Assembly (NCBI GenBank): GCA_007130145.1
Contig: SLSY01000002.1
Location: forward strand, 1-48,433
Length of the DNA: 48,433 bases
Reading direction: 5' to 3'
Source of the DNA: Bacillota bacterium
GTDB taxonomy: Bacteria > Bacillota > Sulfobacillia > UBA8153
Shown here: positions 38,514 through 48,358 of the stretch, piece after piece
Position numbering within the stretch: position 1 is the first letter of the stretch
Layout: each line of letters begins with the position of its first letter
Notes under the pieces: generated by a model
What the model saw: the letters and a program-made list of their open reading frames with translations, nothing else
Told to the model about the DNA's origin: nothing
The model's database searches: none
Made by a program: the position numbers and the translations under genes

Positions 38514-38554
38514 ACCGTCTCCCGCCAGAGGCCGGGAGACGGTCTTAGCTTTTT
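38514..38554 (+). terminator. Hairpin/terminator after rpsR
   Basis: GACCGTCTCCCG...CGGGAGACGGTC followed by TTAGCTTTTT. Confidence 0.65.
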
Positions 38555-38610
38555 CCGGGCTATATGCCGTTGATTTAGACGAGCGCTTTCATGCCTCGTG
38601 AGCGAGTCGA

Positions 38611-39681
38611 ATGGTAAAGATGGCATTTGTCGCGCTTTGTCCCTCGGGGCGAAGGAAACGTGTCAAGGACAACCGAATAGGTATGGGGCAGCGGAAAAGG
38701 GGTATTCTTGTGCAGCAACAGACCCACGTTCGCATACTGGCGCAGGGCGCGCTTTTGGCCGCGCTTACCGTAGTGATAGCGGTAGCAGGCTTTTTTATCC
38801 CTATGCTGGGTTTTGTAACGGCTTTTGTTTTGCCCTTGCCGGTAGTGGTCATGCAACTCCGGCATGGCCTGAGGGCGGCGGTGCTGGCAGCGGTGGCCAG
38901 TGGAGCCGTGTTGGTGATGCTCATTGGCCCGGTGGAGGGTATCTTGCTCTTTTCCTTTTACGGTATTATCGGCCTAACCTTTGGATTTGCTATGCGCCGG
39001 GATTATCAGGGAGTCTGGGCAGTGTTGGTGGGTTCCGGGGCCGTGGCGGTGGTGACAGTCATATCTTTGACCGCGACCTTCTTGATTGTGGGCCTGTCAC
39101 CGGTTGAGTTTTTCCGGCAAAGCCTGGGAGCTCTTGAGGCAGCCATGGAGATGTATGAGAATTGGGGAGTGGTTCAGCCCGATATGGCCCGGCAGATGAC
39201 AGCCATGATCGACGATGCCCTAGCCAACCTGCAATACATCATCCCCGGTTCGCTGTTGGCCGCATCGGCCATTGTGAGTTTTCTCTGCTACCAGGTAGCA
39301 CGGTCGGTACTCAGGCGTCTGGGACATATCGTCCGCCCGGTGCCGCCTTTTTCCACCTGGCAAGCACCGGATTATCTGGTGTTCGTTCCCATACTTGGCG
39401 TGCTTTCCGTAGCTACACAGGCCTTTCACGGGCAGGAGTTCTTGGTTGTGATTGGGGCCAACCTGGCCTGGATAGGTCAGCTATATTTCCTCATCCAGGG
39501 TCTGAGTGTGATGTCTTTTTACCTGAAGCGTTACCAGATGCCCGTGATCATACAGGTCTTGATGGGATGGATCATCGTGACCACCGGTTTTCTCCTGCAG
39601 GTTACCGTATTCGCGGCCATGTTTGATTCACTGCTCGACTTTCGAAGACTGAGGAGTCCAACAACGAGACGGGAGCAATAG
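38611..39681 (+). CDS. YybS/DUF2232 family membrane protein
   Basis: Multi-TM; PLP, PPFSTW..P, QGLSV, D..LDFR; rpsR-rplI position. True start probably GTG 38710. Confidence 0.85.
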   Translation: MVKMAFVALCPSGRRKRVKDNRIGMGQRKRGILVQQQTHVRILAQGALLAALTVVIAVAGFFIPMLGFVTAFVLPLPVVVMQLRHGLRAAVLAAVASGAVLVMLIGPVEGILLFSFYGIIGLTFGFAMRRDYQGVWAVLVGSGAVAVVTVISLTATFLIVGLSPVEFFRQSLGALEAAMEMYENWGVVQPDMARQMTAMIDDALANLQYIIPGSLLAASAIVSFLCYQVARSVLRRLGHIVRPVPPFSTWQAPDYLVFVPILGVLSVATQAFHGQEFLVVIGANLAWIGQLYFLIQGLSVMSFYLKRYQMPVIIQVLMGWIIVTTGFLLQVTVFAAMFDSLLDFRRLRSPTTRREQ

Positions 39682-39700
39682 GAGGGAGGAAGGCACATTC

Positions 39701-40171
39701 GTGCCGCAGCATACTATGAAGGTCATTTTGCTAGAGAAGGTACCAAGCCTTGGGGAAGCAGGAGAATTGGTTGAGGTGAAGGAGGGCTATGCCCGCAACT
39801 ATCTTTTCCCCCGGGGTTTGGCTCAGGAGGCGTCCAAGGGAAACCTGCGTTCATTGGAACAGACCCAGCGTACACGTCGTCACAAGCAAGACCGCTTGTT
39901 GCAAGAGGCCAAGCAAATCAAGGCCCAGCTGGAGGGTAAGCCCGTGGTGTTAGATGTGAAGGCGGGGGATACAGGACGACTTTTTGGTTCGGTGACGGGC
40001 AAGAACATTGCCGAAGCTGTCCGCAAGCAGTATAATATAAAGGTTGATAAAAAGAAGATTGAACTGGCCGAAAGCCTGCGAACCGTAGGTGAACATACAG
40101 TGGAGATTAAGCTGCATCCTGAAGTGACGGTGAGTATCGTCGTGGATGTCAGAGGAGAGGGGAGAGGATAA
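39701..40171 (+). CDS. rplI: 50S ribosomal protein L9
   Basis: MKVILLE.V..LG..G..VEVKEGYARNYLFP, GRLFGSVT, KLHPEV. Start may be ATG 39716. Confidence 0.97.
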   Translation: MPQHTMKVILLEKVPSLGEAGELVEVKEGYARNYLFPRGLAQEASKGNLRSLEQTQRTRRHKQDRLLQEAKQIKAQLEGKPVVLDVKAGDTGRLFGSVTGKNIAEAVRKQYNIKVDKKKIELAESLRTVGEHTVEIKLHPEVTVSIVVDVRGEGRG

Positions 40172-40175
40172 CTAC

Positions 40176-42086
40176 TTGAATCGGTTAACCAAAGACCAAA
40201 GAACAGTACTAGGCGGACGCTTCGACGGGGATGAGGCACTTCGCCGCCAGATAGCAGCTCTTTTTGGCCTCTTGGCCAGTATCTATGGTAGTGAGAGGCT
40301 GGTGTTGAAGGCGGGCAAATTAGGTGCCCTGCAGGAGATGCGTTCAGATCAATCCACCGAGCGCATATCTGCCTTGCAAAAACTCGTCTACGAGGATCCC
40401 ACGATAGCAAGTCCCGAGGAGGAAGACATACCTCGCATCATAGAAGAAATACAGGATGAGTTGGCCGATCTTCTGGCCCGCAAGTCGGTGGAAGAGACGA
40501 TTGAGAAGCGGATAGCCGAGAAGATGCAAGAGAAGCACGAGGAATATGTGCGCGACATCCGTTCGCAAGTATTGAAGGAAAACGGAACGGTAGAAAATGC
40601 CCAGACGCTTAGAAAGTATGCAGAGCTGGAGAAGCATGAGCATCAGAAGGTCGCTCGTTCGGTCCTACAGCATGTCAGGCCCAGCAGTCTCAAAGAGATC
40701 GTCGGGCAGGACAGCGCCGTTCGTTCCTTGCTGGCAAAATTGGCTTCGCCCTATCCACAGCACATCTTATTGTATGGTCCTCCCGGCACGGGCAAGACCA
40801 CGGCAGCGCGCTTGGTCCTTGAGCATGCCAAGGGGCTTCCGTCCACTCCGTATGCAAAGGATGCCAGCTTTGTGGAAGTGGATGGTACTACGTTGCGCTG
40901 GGACCCGCGCGAGGTTACCAATCCCTTGCTTGGTTCGGTGCATGATCCCATATATCAGGGAGCCCGGCGTGATCTGGCCGAGGGTGGCGTACCCGAACCC
41001 AAGTTGGGCCTTGTGAGCGAAGCCCATGGCGGTTTGCTCTTCATTGATGAGATCGGAGAGATGGATCCCCTGCTGCAGTCCAAATTGCTGAAGGTGCTGG
41101 AGGACAAGCGAGTCAGTTTTGACTCCTCCTACTATGATCCGGCTGATCCCCAGGTTCCCAAGTACATTAAACAGTTGTTCGAAAAAGGAGCACCCGCCGA
41201 TTTTGTGCTCATTGGTGCGACCACGCGCGACCCGGAAGACATCAGCCCGGCACTGCGTTCACGCTGCGCTGAGATCTATTTTGAGCCTCTGTCTGCCGAT
41301 AGTATTCGCCGCATCATCAAGCAAGCCGCGCGCCGGCTGCGCGTGAAGGTGGAACCGGCTGTATTGGAGCTGATGACCGAGTATGCTATGGAGGGTCGCA
41401 AGGCGGTAGGACTATTGGCCGATGCCTTCGGCCTTGCGTTATATGAGAATGAGGGCAAAAGGCCCGCCCGTAAGTTTCTGCAGCTGGAGGAACGCCATGT
41501 CAAACAGGCTATCCAGAGCAACCGGTTGATTCCCCATGCTCCCAGCCGTTCTTCGGAGGAGCCCGAGATCGGGAAATCCTTCGGCCTGGGTGTGCTGGGC
41601 TACATGGGTTCGGTACTGGAGATTGAAGCGATGGTATTCCCTGCTCGGGAGAAGGGCAAGGGGACCATTCGGTTCAACGAGGCAGCCGGCAGTATGGCCC
41701 GCGACTCGGTGTTCAACGCCGCCTCGGTCATTCGCAAATTGACCGGCCGCGACCTGGGAGACTACGATCTGCATATCAATGTGGTAGGCGGAGCTCGCGT
41801 GGATGGACCGTCTGCCGGATTGGCCATGCTTTTGGCCATGGTCAGTGCTTTGGAAGAATGGCCCTTGCGGCAGGATGTAGCCGTGACCGGTGAGGTATCG
41901 TTGCAGGGCAAGATCAAGTCCATCGGTGGCATTTACGAGAAGATCTACGGTGCCAAACAAGCTGGGATGAAGACAGTCATCGTGCCCGGCGAGAACGCAC
42001 GTGAAATTGCCGATCCGCCGGCCAATATAGAGATCGTAACGGCCGATAGTGTGGAGCAGGTACTGGCTTACGTGCGTGCCAAGTAA
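40176..42086 (+). CDS. lonC: Lon-family ATP-dependent protease LonC
   Basis: GPPGTGKT, DGTTLRWDPRE, LFIDEIGE, DGPSAG (catalytic Ser), TGEVSL.G..K..GG..EKIYGA; rplI-dnaB position. Confidence 0.88.
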   Translation: MNRLTKDQRTVLGGRFDGDEALRRQIAALFGLLASIYGSERLVLKAGKLGALQEMRSDQSTERISALQKLVYEDPTIASPEEEDIPRIIEEIQDELADLLARKSVEETIEKRIAEKMQEKHEEYVRDIRSQVLKENGTVENAQTLRKYAELEKHEHQKVARSVLQHVRPSSLKEIVGQDSAVRSLLAKLASPYPQHILLYGPPGTGKTTAARLVLEHAKGLPSTPYAKDASFVEVDGTTLRWDPREVTNPLLGSVHDPIYQGARRDLAEGGVPEPKLGLVSEAHGGLLFIDEIGEMDPLLQSKLLKVLEDKRVSFDSSYYDPADPQVPKYIKQLFEKGAPADFVLIGATTRDPEDISPALRSRCAEIYFEPLSADSIRRIIKQAARRLRVKVEPAVLELMTEYAMEGRKAVGLLADAFGLALYENEGKRPARKFLQLEERHVKQAIQSNRLIPHAPSRSSEEPEIGKSFGLGVLGYMGSVLEIEAMVFPAREKGKGTIRFNEAAGSMARDSVFNAASVIRKLTGRDLGDYDLHINVVGGARVDGPSAGLAMLLAMVSALEEWPLRQDVAVTGEVSLQGKIKSIGGIYEKIYGAKQAGMKTVIVPGENAREIADPPANIEIVTADSVEQVLAYVRAK

Positions 42087-42118
42087 CGTATAGAGTGTCC
42101 AGACCGGAGGGAATGACG

Positions 42119-43441
42119 ATGGAATCAGGGCAGCGCCTGCCACCACAGAGCCTGGAAGCAGAACAATCGGTGCTGGGCTCCATGCTTATCGAACACCAGG
42201 CTATTCTCAAAGCCATGGAGATTCTGGTGCCTTCAGACTTCTATCGCGAACAGCATCGCACCATATTTGAAGCCATTATCAAACTGTCTGATCGTGGGGA
42301 AGCGGTGGATCTGGTCACCGTGAGCGAATACCTCAAGCAACAAGGACAGATGGAGGCAGTGGGCGGGATGTCTTACCTGGCCACTCTCTCCAACGTTGTA
42401 CCCACGGCAGCCAACGTTGAATATTATGCTAAGATTGTGCAAGAGAAGTCGATCTTGCGCTCTCTCATTCATGCCGGGACTGACATCGTCCGGCACGGCT
42501 ATGCGGGTAACGAGGAGATTGAATCGCTGCTGGACGCGGCCGAGCAGATCGTCTTTCAGATTGGTCAGCGTCGCTCCACCCAGGGGTTTAGTCCCATCAA
42601 GGAAGTCTTGATGGAGACGCTCACTCACATCGAGCATCTTTACTCCAACAAGGGGAGCGCGCTGGGTGTGGCTTGTGGGTTCGAGGATTTGGATCAAAAG
42701 ACATCAGGACTGCAAAAGTCCGATCTGATCATTCTGGCCGCCCGTCCTTCTATGGGAAAGACGGCTTTCTCTTTGAACATTGCTCGCAATGCGGCCATCG
42801 AGGGCCAGGTGCCAGTGGCGATCTTCAGTCTGGAGATGGCAAAGGAGCAGCTGGCGCAAAGGCTCCTGTGTTCGGAGGCATCCATCGACAGTCAGCGCCT
42901 GCGCACCGGCAATTTGGATGATGGGGATTGGCGCAGGCTCTCGGTAGCTCTCGGGCGGCTAGGAGAGGCCCCCATCTTCGTGGATGATACCCCAAGCATA
43001 TCAGTGATGGAACTCAGGGCCAAGGCACGGCGCATCAAAGGCGAGCACGGACTGGGGCTCATCATTGTGGACTATTTGCAGCTGATGCAAAATCGCGGCC
43101 GGGTTGAAAGCCGTCAGCAGGAGATTTCCGAGATTTCTCGCTCCTTGAAGGCGCTGGCTCGCGAGCTGAGCGTGCCGGTGTTGGCCCTTTCCCAGCTGAG
43201 CCGGGCGGTGGAACAGCGCACGGATCGCCGGCCGCTACTTTCCGACCTGCGGGAATCAGGCGCCATCGAGCAGGATGCGGATGTGGTCATGTTCTTGCAT
43301 CAGAATCCGGATTCGGCAGAACCTAATGTCTTGGAGGTTATTATTGCCAAGCAAAGAAACGGTCCTACGGGCTCGCTGAAGCTATTTTTTGCTCGCGATC
43401 ACCAGAAGTTTGAGAACCTTACGACTACGTATGAGGATTAG
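42119..43441 (+). CDS. dnaB: Replicative DNA helicase (DnaB/DnaC)
   Basis: PPQSLEAEQSVLG, AARPSMGKT, FSLEM, VDYLQLM, SQLSR, DLRESGAIEQDAD, KQRNGPTG. Confidence 0.98.
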   Translation: MESGQRLPPQSLEAEQSVLGSMLIEHQAILKAMEILVPSDFYREQHRTIFEAIIKLSDRGEAVDLVTVSEYLKQQGQMEAVGGMSYLATLSNVVPTAANVEYYAKIVQEKSILRSLIHAGTDIVRHGYAGNEEIESLLDAAEQIVFQIGQRRSTQGFSPIKEVLMETLTHIEHLYSNKGSALGVACGFEDLDQKTSGLQKSDLIILAARPSMGKTAFSLNIARNAAIEGQVPVAIFSLEMAKEQLAQRLLCSEASIDSQRLRTGNLDDGDWRRLSVALGRLGEAPIFVDDTPSISVMELRAKARRIKGEHGLGLIIVDYLQLMQNRGRVESRQQEISEISRSLKALARELSVPVLALSQLSRAVEQRTDRRPLLSDLRESGAIEQDADVVMFLHQNPDSAEPNVLEVIIAKQRNGPTGSLKLFFARDHQKFENLTTTYED

Positions 43442-43476
43442 CTAAACTGTGAGGGCCCCTTGAGGGAAGGTGGGTT

Positions 43477-44853
43477 TTGGTGAAGCAATATGATGTCATC
43501 ATCGTGGGAGCCGGCCCGGCCGGCATCTTCGCCGCATTGGAACTGGCCGACAACAGCGATTGCAGTGTCCTGCTGGTGGATAAAGGTGGACCGCTGGCAA
43601 AGCGCAAGTGTGTTATGCATACCGGCCAGGCGTGTGCCCGCTGTAGCCCTTGTGGGGTGCTGAGCGGATGGGGAGGCGCCGGAGCATTCAGCGATGGAAA
43701 ACTCACCCTCACCCCTGATTTTGGAGGCTTTCTCAACGACTATTTTGACGCAAGCGATCTCCGGCAAAAGATCCAGTGCGTGGATGAAGTCTATGTGCGC
43801 TATGGGGCCCAAGGGGGCCTCTACGCCGAGACCGCAGCCGAGATCAAAGACTTAGTGCGCTTAGCAGCAGCAGCCGGCCTGCAATTGGTACCGGCCAGTA
43901 TTCGCCACATGGGCACCGACAGGTGCCCCGCCATATTGCAGGGCATGTTCGATCATCTCGAACCACGCGTGGACATTCTCACCGCTACTGAGGTAGAAGA
44001 AATCTTGGCGACAGCAGGCCGCGTGACGGGCGTGCGTACCACAGCGGGGGAATACCGGGGAACGTATGTGATTTGCGCCCCCGGTCGCGAGGGGTCGGAG
44101 TGGTTCGCACAGCAGATCAAACAACTAGGCCTCTCTTTGTCTAACAATCCTGTGGATATCGGGGTAAGGATTGAACTGCCCGCTGTTATTCTGGATCATC
44201 TCACCGAACGGGTATATGAGCCGAAAATTCGTTACTACTCCCGGATGTTTGATGATCTGGTACGCACCTTTTGCGTGTGTCCCCGCGGGGAAGTGGTGGT
44301 GGAGAACAACCGTGGTGTGCTCACGGTAAATGGACATTCGTTCCGGGACCGTCAGACGGAGAACACCAATTTTGCTCTCTTGGTCAGCAAGACCTTCACT
44401 GAGCCTTTCACAGAGCCCATCGCGTATGGGAAGTATATTGCCAGCTTAGCCAACATGCTGGGGGATGGGGTGATGGTGCAGAGGCTAGGCGATCTTTTGG
44501 CCGGCCGCCGCTCCACGGTAAGGCGCCTGAATAAGGGCATGGTGCGCCCCAGTTTGAAAGGGGCAACACCGGGCGATTTGAGTTTGGTACTGCCCTATCG
44601 CCATTTGACCAACATTCTCGAGATGCTCGAGGCCTTGGATAAACTCGCCCCGGGAGTGTATTCGGGCCAGACCCTGCTCTACGGGGTGGAGGTAAAATTC
44701 TACTCCAGCCGTCCGCAGCTTTCAGCGGAATTGGAGACGAACATAGCCAATTTGTTTGCCATTGGCGATGGTGCCGGTGTCACCCGCAGCCTGGCTCAGG
44801 CCTCTGTGTCCGGTATGGTGGCGGCCAAGAGCATCATGAGTCGCTTGCGCTAA
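43477..44853 (+). CDS. NAD(P)/FAD-dependent oxidoreductase
   Basis: GAGPAG, Cys cluster C...C..C.PC, GWGGAGAFSDGKL, RTFC..P.G, GDGAGVTR. Confidence 0.85.
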   Translation: MVKQYDVIIVGAGPAGIFAALELADNSDCSVLLVDKGGPLAKRKCVMHTGQACARCSPCGVLSGWGGAGAFSDGKLTLTPDFGGFLNDYFDASDLRQKIQCVDEVYVRYGAQGGLYAETAAEIKDLVRLAAAAGLQLVPASIRHMGTDRCPAILQGMFDHLEPRVDILTATEVEEILATAGRVTGVRTTAGEYRGTYVICAPGREGSEWFAQQIKQLGLSLSNNPVDIGVRIELPAVILDHLTERVYEPKIRYYSRMFDDLVRTFCVCPRGEVVVENNRGVLTVNGHSFRDRQTENTNFALLVSKTFTEPFTEPIAYGKYIASLANMLGDGVMVQRLGDLLAGRRSTVRRLNKGMVRPSLKGATPGDLSLVLPYRHLTNILEMLEALDKLAPGVYSGQTLLYGVEVKFYSSRPQLSAELETNIANLFAIGDGAGVTRSLAQASVSGMVAAKSIMSRLR

Positions 44854-44888
44854 AGAAGTCAAATCACCATGCTAAGGAGGACAAGTGC

Positions 44889-46172
44889 ATGTCGGCAGTG
44901 GTTGTGATCGGGACGCAATGGGGAGACGAGGGGAAGGGTAAGATCACGGATTATCTGGCGAATCAAGCCGATGTGATCGTGCGCCATCAAGGCGGACCCA
45001 ATGCCGGGCATACCGTGGTGGTAGGAGAGCAGGAATACAAGCTGCACTTGGTGCCCTCGGGCATTTTCTGCCCCGGTAAGATGTGCGTCATTGGAAACGG
45101 GGTGGTCATTGATCCCGAGATCTTGGTGCGGGAACTCGATTATCTGAAGGATCTGGGCGTGGATGTGTCAAATTTGCGTCTTTCTCCCGGCGCCCATCTC
45201 ATATTCCCTTATCATGTCATACAAGATCGCCTGGATGAAGATCGCAAGGGGCTTTTACGGTTAGGGACGACCGGGCGTGGTGTCGGGCCGGCCTACATGG
45301 ATAAATTCGCCCGCATTGGTTTGCGATTAATGGATCTGTTGGACCCTGAGATATTCCGGTCGCTGTTTGTTCCGCTATGCGAGCACAAGAGTCATATGCT
45401 GGAGAAGGTTTATGGGGCCGAGCGTGTGGATGCCGACGCGCTGGTTGATCACTATTTATCCTATGGTGACCGCTTGCGGCCCTATGTTGCTGACACGGTG
45501 CGGTTGGTAAACGATGCGCTGGATGAAGGGCAGCACGTTCTCTTTGAAGGAGCACAGGGCACACTGCTGGACGTGGACCATGGTTCGTATCCGTATGTGA
45601 CCTCCTCCTACCCGACGGCGGGCGGAGCGTGCATTGGCGCCGGGGTCGGGCCAACCCGCATCGATCGTGTGATCGGTGTGGCCAAGGCTTATACCACACG
45701 AGTGGGTGATGGCCCACTACCCAGTGAACTGAAGGATGACATCGGTGAAGCCATACGGACCCGGGGACACGAATTCGGAACATCGACGGGACGCCCGCGG
45801 CGAGTGGGTTGGCTAGACACCGTCATTTTGCGTTACTCTGCCCGTGTCAACGGTCTTGGTGGCCTGGCTGTGACACGCTTAGATACCCTGGGTGGCTTTG
45901 ACCCGGTTAAGATCTGTACCGGATATCGTTACAAAGGAGAAAGAATCGCGGACTTCCCCTCCAGCATCACTGCATTGGCAGAGTGCGAGCCTATTCTTGA
46001 GGAGATGGAGGGTTGGGCTGCTGAGTTCCCGCCCGCCGAGACCGAGGCCGATCTTCCCAAGGCTTGTCGAGAATACCTCAAGCGAGTAGAAGAGCTGACC
46101 AACTGCCGTATTTCCATGGTGTCCATTGGACGGGAACGAACGCAGACACTGGCGCTTGAGCCGATCTTTTAG
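44889..46172 (+). CDS. purA: Adenylosuccinate synthetase
   Basis: QWGDEGKGK, GGPNAGHT, GTTGRGVGPAY, EGAQG, YPYVTSS, TGRPRRVGWLD. Confidence 0.98.
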   Translation: MSAVVVIGTQWGDEGKGKITDYLANQADVIVRHQGGPNAGHTVVVGEQEYKLHLVPSGIFCPGKMCVIGNGVVIDPEILVRELDYLKDLGVDVSNLRLSPGAHLIFPYHVIQDRLDEDRKGLLRLGTTGRGVGPAYMDKFARIGLRLMDLLDPEIFRSLFVPLCEHKSHMLEKVYGAERVDADALVDHYLSYGDRLRPYVADTVRLVNDALDEGQHVLFEGAQGTLLDVDHGSYPYVTSSYPTAGGACIGAGVGPTRIDRVIGVAKAYTTRVGDGPLPSELKDDIGEAIRTRGHEFGTSTGRPRRVGWLDTVILRYSARVNGLGGLAVTRLDTLGGFDPVKICTGYRYKGERIADFPSSITALAECEPILEEMEGWAAEFPPAETEADLPKACREYLKRVEELTNCRISMVSIGRERTQTLALEPIF

Positions 46173-46326
46173 CATCGCTACGGTGAGGTTCTGTTCGTAG
46201 CTTATAGGAACCAGGTGCCACAGGGATAAGAGAAGAGAGTCAAAGGGAAGACAGATCCCGGCGACGGTCGGGCCGGGCAATGAGAGTCCGTAAGGACAGA
46301 GAGTCTACTGGTTCTGTGCATAACGG

Positions 46327-46351
46327 CGCCGCCTCTAAAGAGGCGGCGCTT
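46327..46351. terminator. Strong GC hairpin downstream of purA (possible terminator or stability element)
   Basis: GCGCCGCCTCT-AA-AGAGGCGGCGC inverted repeat; no clear U-tract. Confidence 0.4.
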
Positions 46352-46652
46352 CGCCTTGGAAACCATCCGGCCCTGAGGGGAGACGATGTCTTACGCGCTA
46401 CGATCTTCTAAGTGCTGGCAGGTGGTCAGGCGAAGGCCGGGCGCAGAACCACTCATGGTGACCGTGGCCGCGAGCCATGGCGATCTTGGGGTCCTCATGC
46501 TCAGGGAGGTACAGTCAGAGCGAAAATTACACGAAGAGTTTGAATAAAGGGTGTTTTCCTGGTATGATCTAACAGGCGTACACGAGCCTTTGGTGGCGCG
46601 ATAGGGAGATCAGAAGATATGGAGTGGTTCTGCGGAGAGGAGTGGGTCGTAC

Positions 46653-48200
46653 GTGAGCACCAGACAGAGAGATAGAAGGCCGGTCGATTTCCTCGCGGAT
46701 TCCTTTTGGGCCCCGGCTGAGGCATTAAGGGCCCAATACAACCTGGACGTGGAGATACTGCCCGATGAGAATCGCCTGCGCGGGCAGGGTAGCATTCATC
46801 TGGTCAACCCCCTTGAGGAACCCATCAAGAAGCTAGCGCTAGAAGGCCCCCGCTATGGTCACGGTAGCTACTCGGTGCATACGGTGGGACTTGCCAAGAG
46901 CGAGCGACGCGACGAGCCGGTTCCCACGGTGTTGACGTTACCACGACCGCTCGAATCCGGGGAGACCGTTGTGCTCAAATTGGAATTTGAGACCAGGCTC
47001 ATGGTGGCGGATGAAGGAGTGATGTTGCTCTATCATTGGTATCCGCGTCTTTGGTGGGGTTACCCTACGGCAGATGCTTATCGCGTGAGCATACACAGTC
47101 CTCCGAGCTGGGAAGGGGTAGGAAGCGGTCAGCCCTGCGGCCAGTTCCAGTGGCAGGGTCAGGGTATGCGCACCTTTGGGGCCGCATTGGGGTCTGAGCT
47201 GGAAATACTACGGAAGAATGCGGGACTGACCCGAGTCGCGGCTCTTTCTCGCCGTACCAATCGAGCCGGTGCAGAGCGACTTCTTGAGATCGCATGTGAT
47301 GTGATCCATGTCTGTCGTGATGAGTTTGGCTTCTATCCCCATTCTCATCTGGCCATTACTCCCGGCTACGCCCACAGTGTGGGTGGATTTAACCTGGGAA
47401 CGGGTGTTATTTGCGTCCACAGTCAGCAGGACGTTGCCGCTCAGAGCGATCTTTACTGGCAATGGATCATGGCACACGAGATTGGTCATATGTATTGGGG
47501 GGAGCATATCCTCGAGAAGGGGTCTGATTTTTGGATGCTGGGCGGTCCAAATCACTATGCTGAAGCCCCCGGGTGGTTATGGATCGCCATGGGACTCTAT
47601 GTTGACTGGATGTACTTTCGCCGGCGCAATCTCTCGGCGGCAATGCACGATAAATTGCTGGATCACTACAGGGAGGGGATGCAAAGAGGGCATGACACGA
47701 CGGTGGAGCGTCCTTATGAGCAGCTGGAAGATCCCGGGTTTGACTATAATAATGTGGTGGTGCACGGGAAAGGATTTGCTTTTCTTATGGCTTTGGAAGG
47801 TCTTTTGGGCCAAGAGGCCTTCGGTCGCATATACCGTCGCTGCCTTCGTGAGTATGGGGGACGCCGGCTGGGGCCCGCGCAGTTTCAGCTCCAGTGTGAA
47901 CGCGAGACGGGACAGGATCTGGAGTGGTTCTTCAGCCAATGGCTGCGCTCAAGCCGGTATCCCGGGATGGACATTGACCGAGGGGAGGGCCAGGTTCAAG
48001 TTAAGCCTCGTGGAGGCATGTTGATGCCGGCGCACATAGAGGTGCAGTTTGACGGAGATAAAGTGCAATCAGGGCTCATCGAACGGGTGCCGGGGAATGC
48101 CGAGGTGATCTTGAAGGGTTCGGGAGTTCCCACAGACATTAGGATGGACCCTCCCGTGACTCATGTCGCATCGAGCGGGATGAAAAACGAAGAGGCATGA
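46653..48200 (+). CDS. Divergent M1/gluzincin aminopeptidase-like protein
   Basis: N-terminal beta domain (YNLDVEI.P...L.G), WYP, FG.YP, AHEIGHMYWG, KG..FL..LE..LG, LEWFFSQWL. Confidence 0.75.
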   Translation: MSTRQRDRRPVDFLADSFWAPAEALRAQYNLDVEILPDENRLRGQGSIHLVNPLEEPIKKLALEGPRYGHGSYSVHTVGLAKSERRDEPVPTVLTLPRPLESGETVVLKLEFETRLMVADEGVMLLYHWYPRLWWGYPTADAYRVSIHSPPSWEGVGSGQPCGQFQWQGQGMRTFGAALGSELEILRKNAGLTRVAALSRRTNRAGAERLLEIACDVIHVCRDEFGFYPHSHLAITPGYAHSVGGFNLGTGVICVHSQQDVAAQSDLYWQWIMAHEIGHMYWGEHILEKGSDFWMLGGPNHYAEAPGWLWIAMGLYVDWMYFRRRNLSAAMHDKLLDHYREGMQRGHDTTVERPYEQLEDPGFDYNNVVVHGKGFAFLMALEGLLGQEAFGRIYRRCLREYGGRRLGPAQFQLQCERETGQDLEWFFSQWLRSSRYPGMDIDRGEGQVQVKPRGGMLMPAHIEVQFDGDKVQSGLIERVPGNAEVILKGSGVPTDIRMDPPVTHVASSGMKNEEA

Positions 48201-48319
48201 CGTATCCGTCTCTTATCATGAGGTGAGAAACGAAGTGAGAGAGGACAGCGGGTGAGCTGCTCGGGGTGCACATCAAGCCATATACCTGCAGTGTTGGCTC
48301 GACATACAAGACCAAACCC

Positions 48320-48348
48320 TTGCAATCGCTCGGTGTGTGATTTATAAT
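48320..48348 (+). promoter_or_regulatory. SigA-like promoter of tRNA-Gly
   Basis: TTGCAA-17 bp-TATAAT. Confidence 0.7.
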
Positions 48349-48358
48349 CAGAGAGCGG

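Noticed and set aside
46278-46305. Hammerhead-like GAGTCC-GTAA-GGAC stem
   Set aside because: The required CUGANGA and GAAA core nucleotides are absent (AAUGAGA and AGAG instead).
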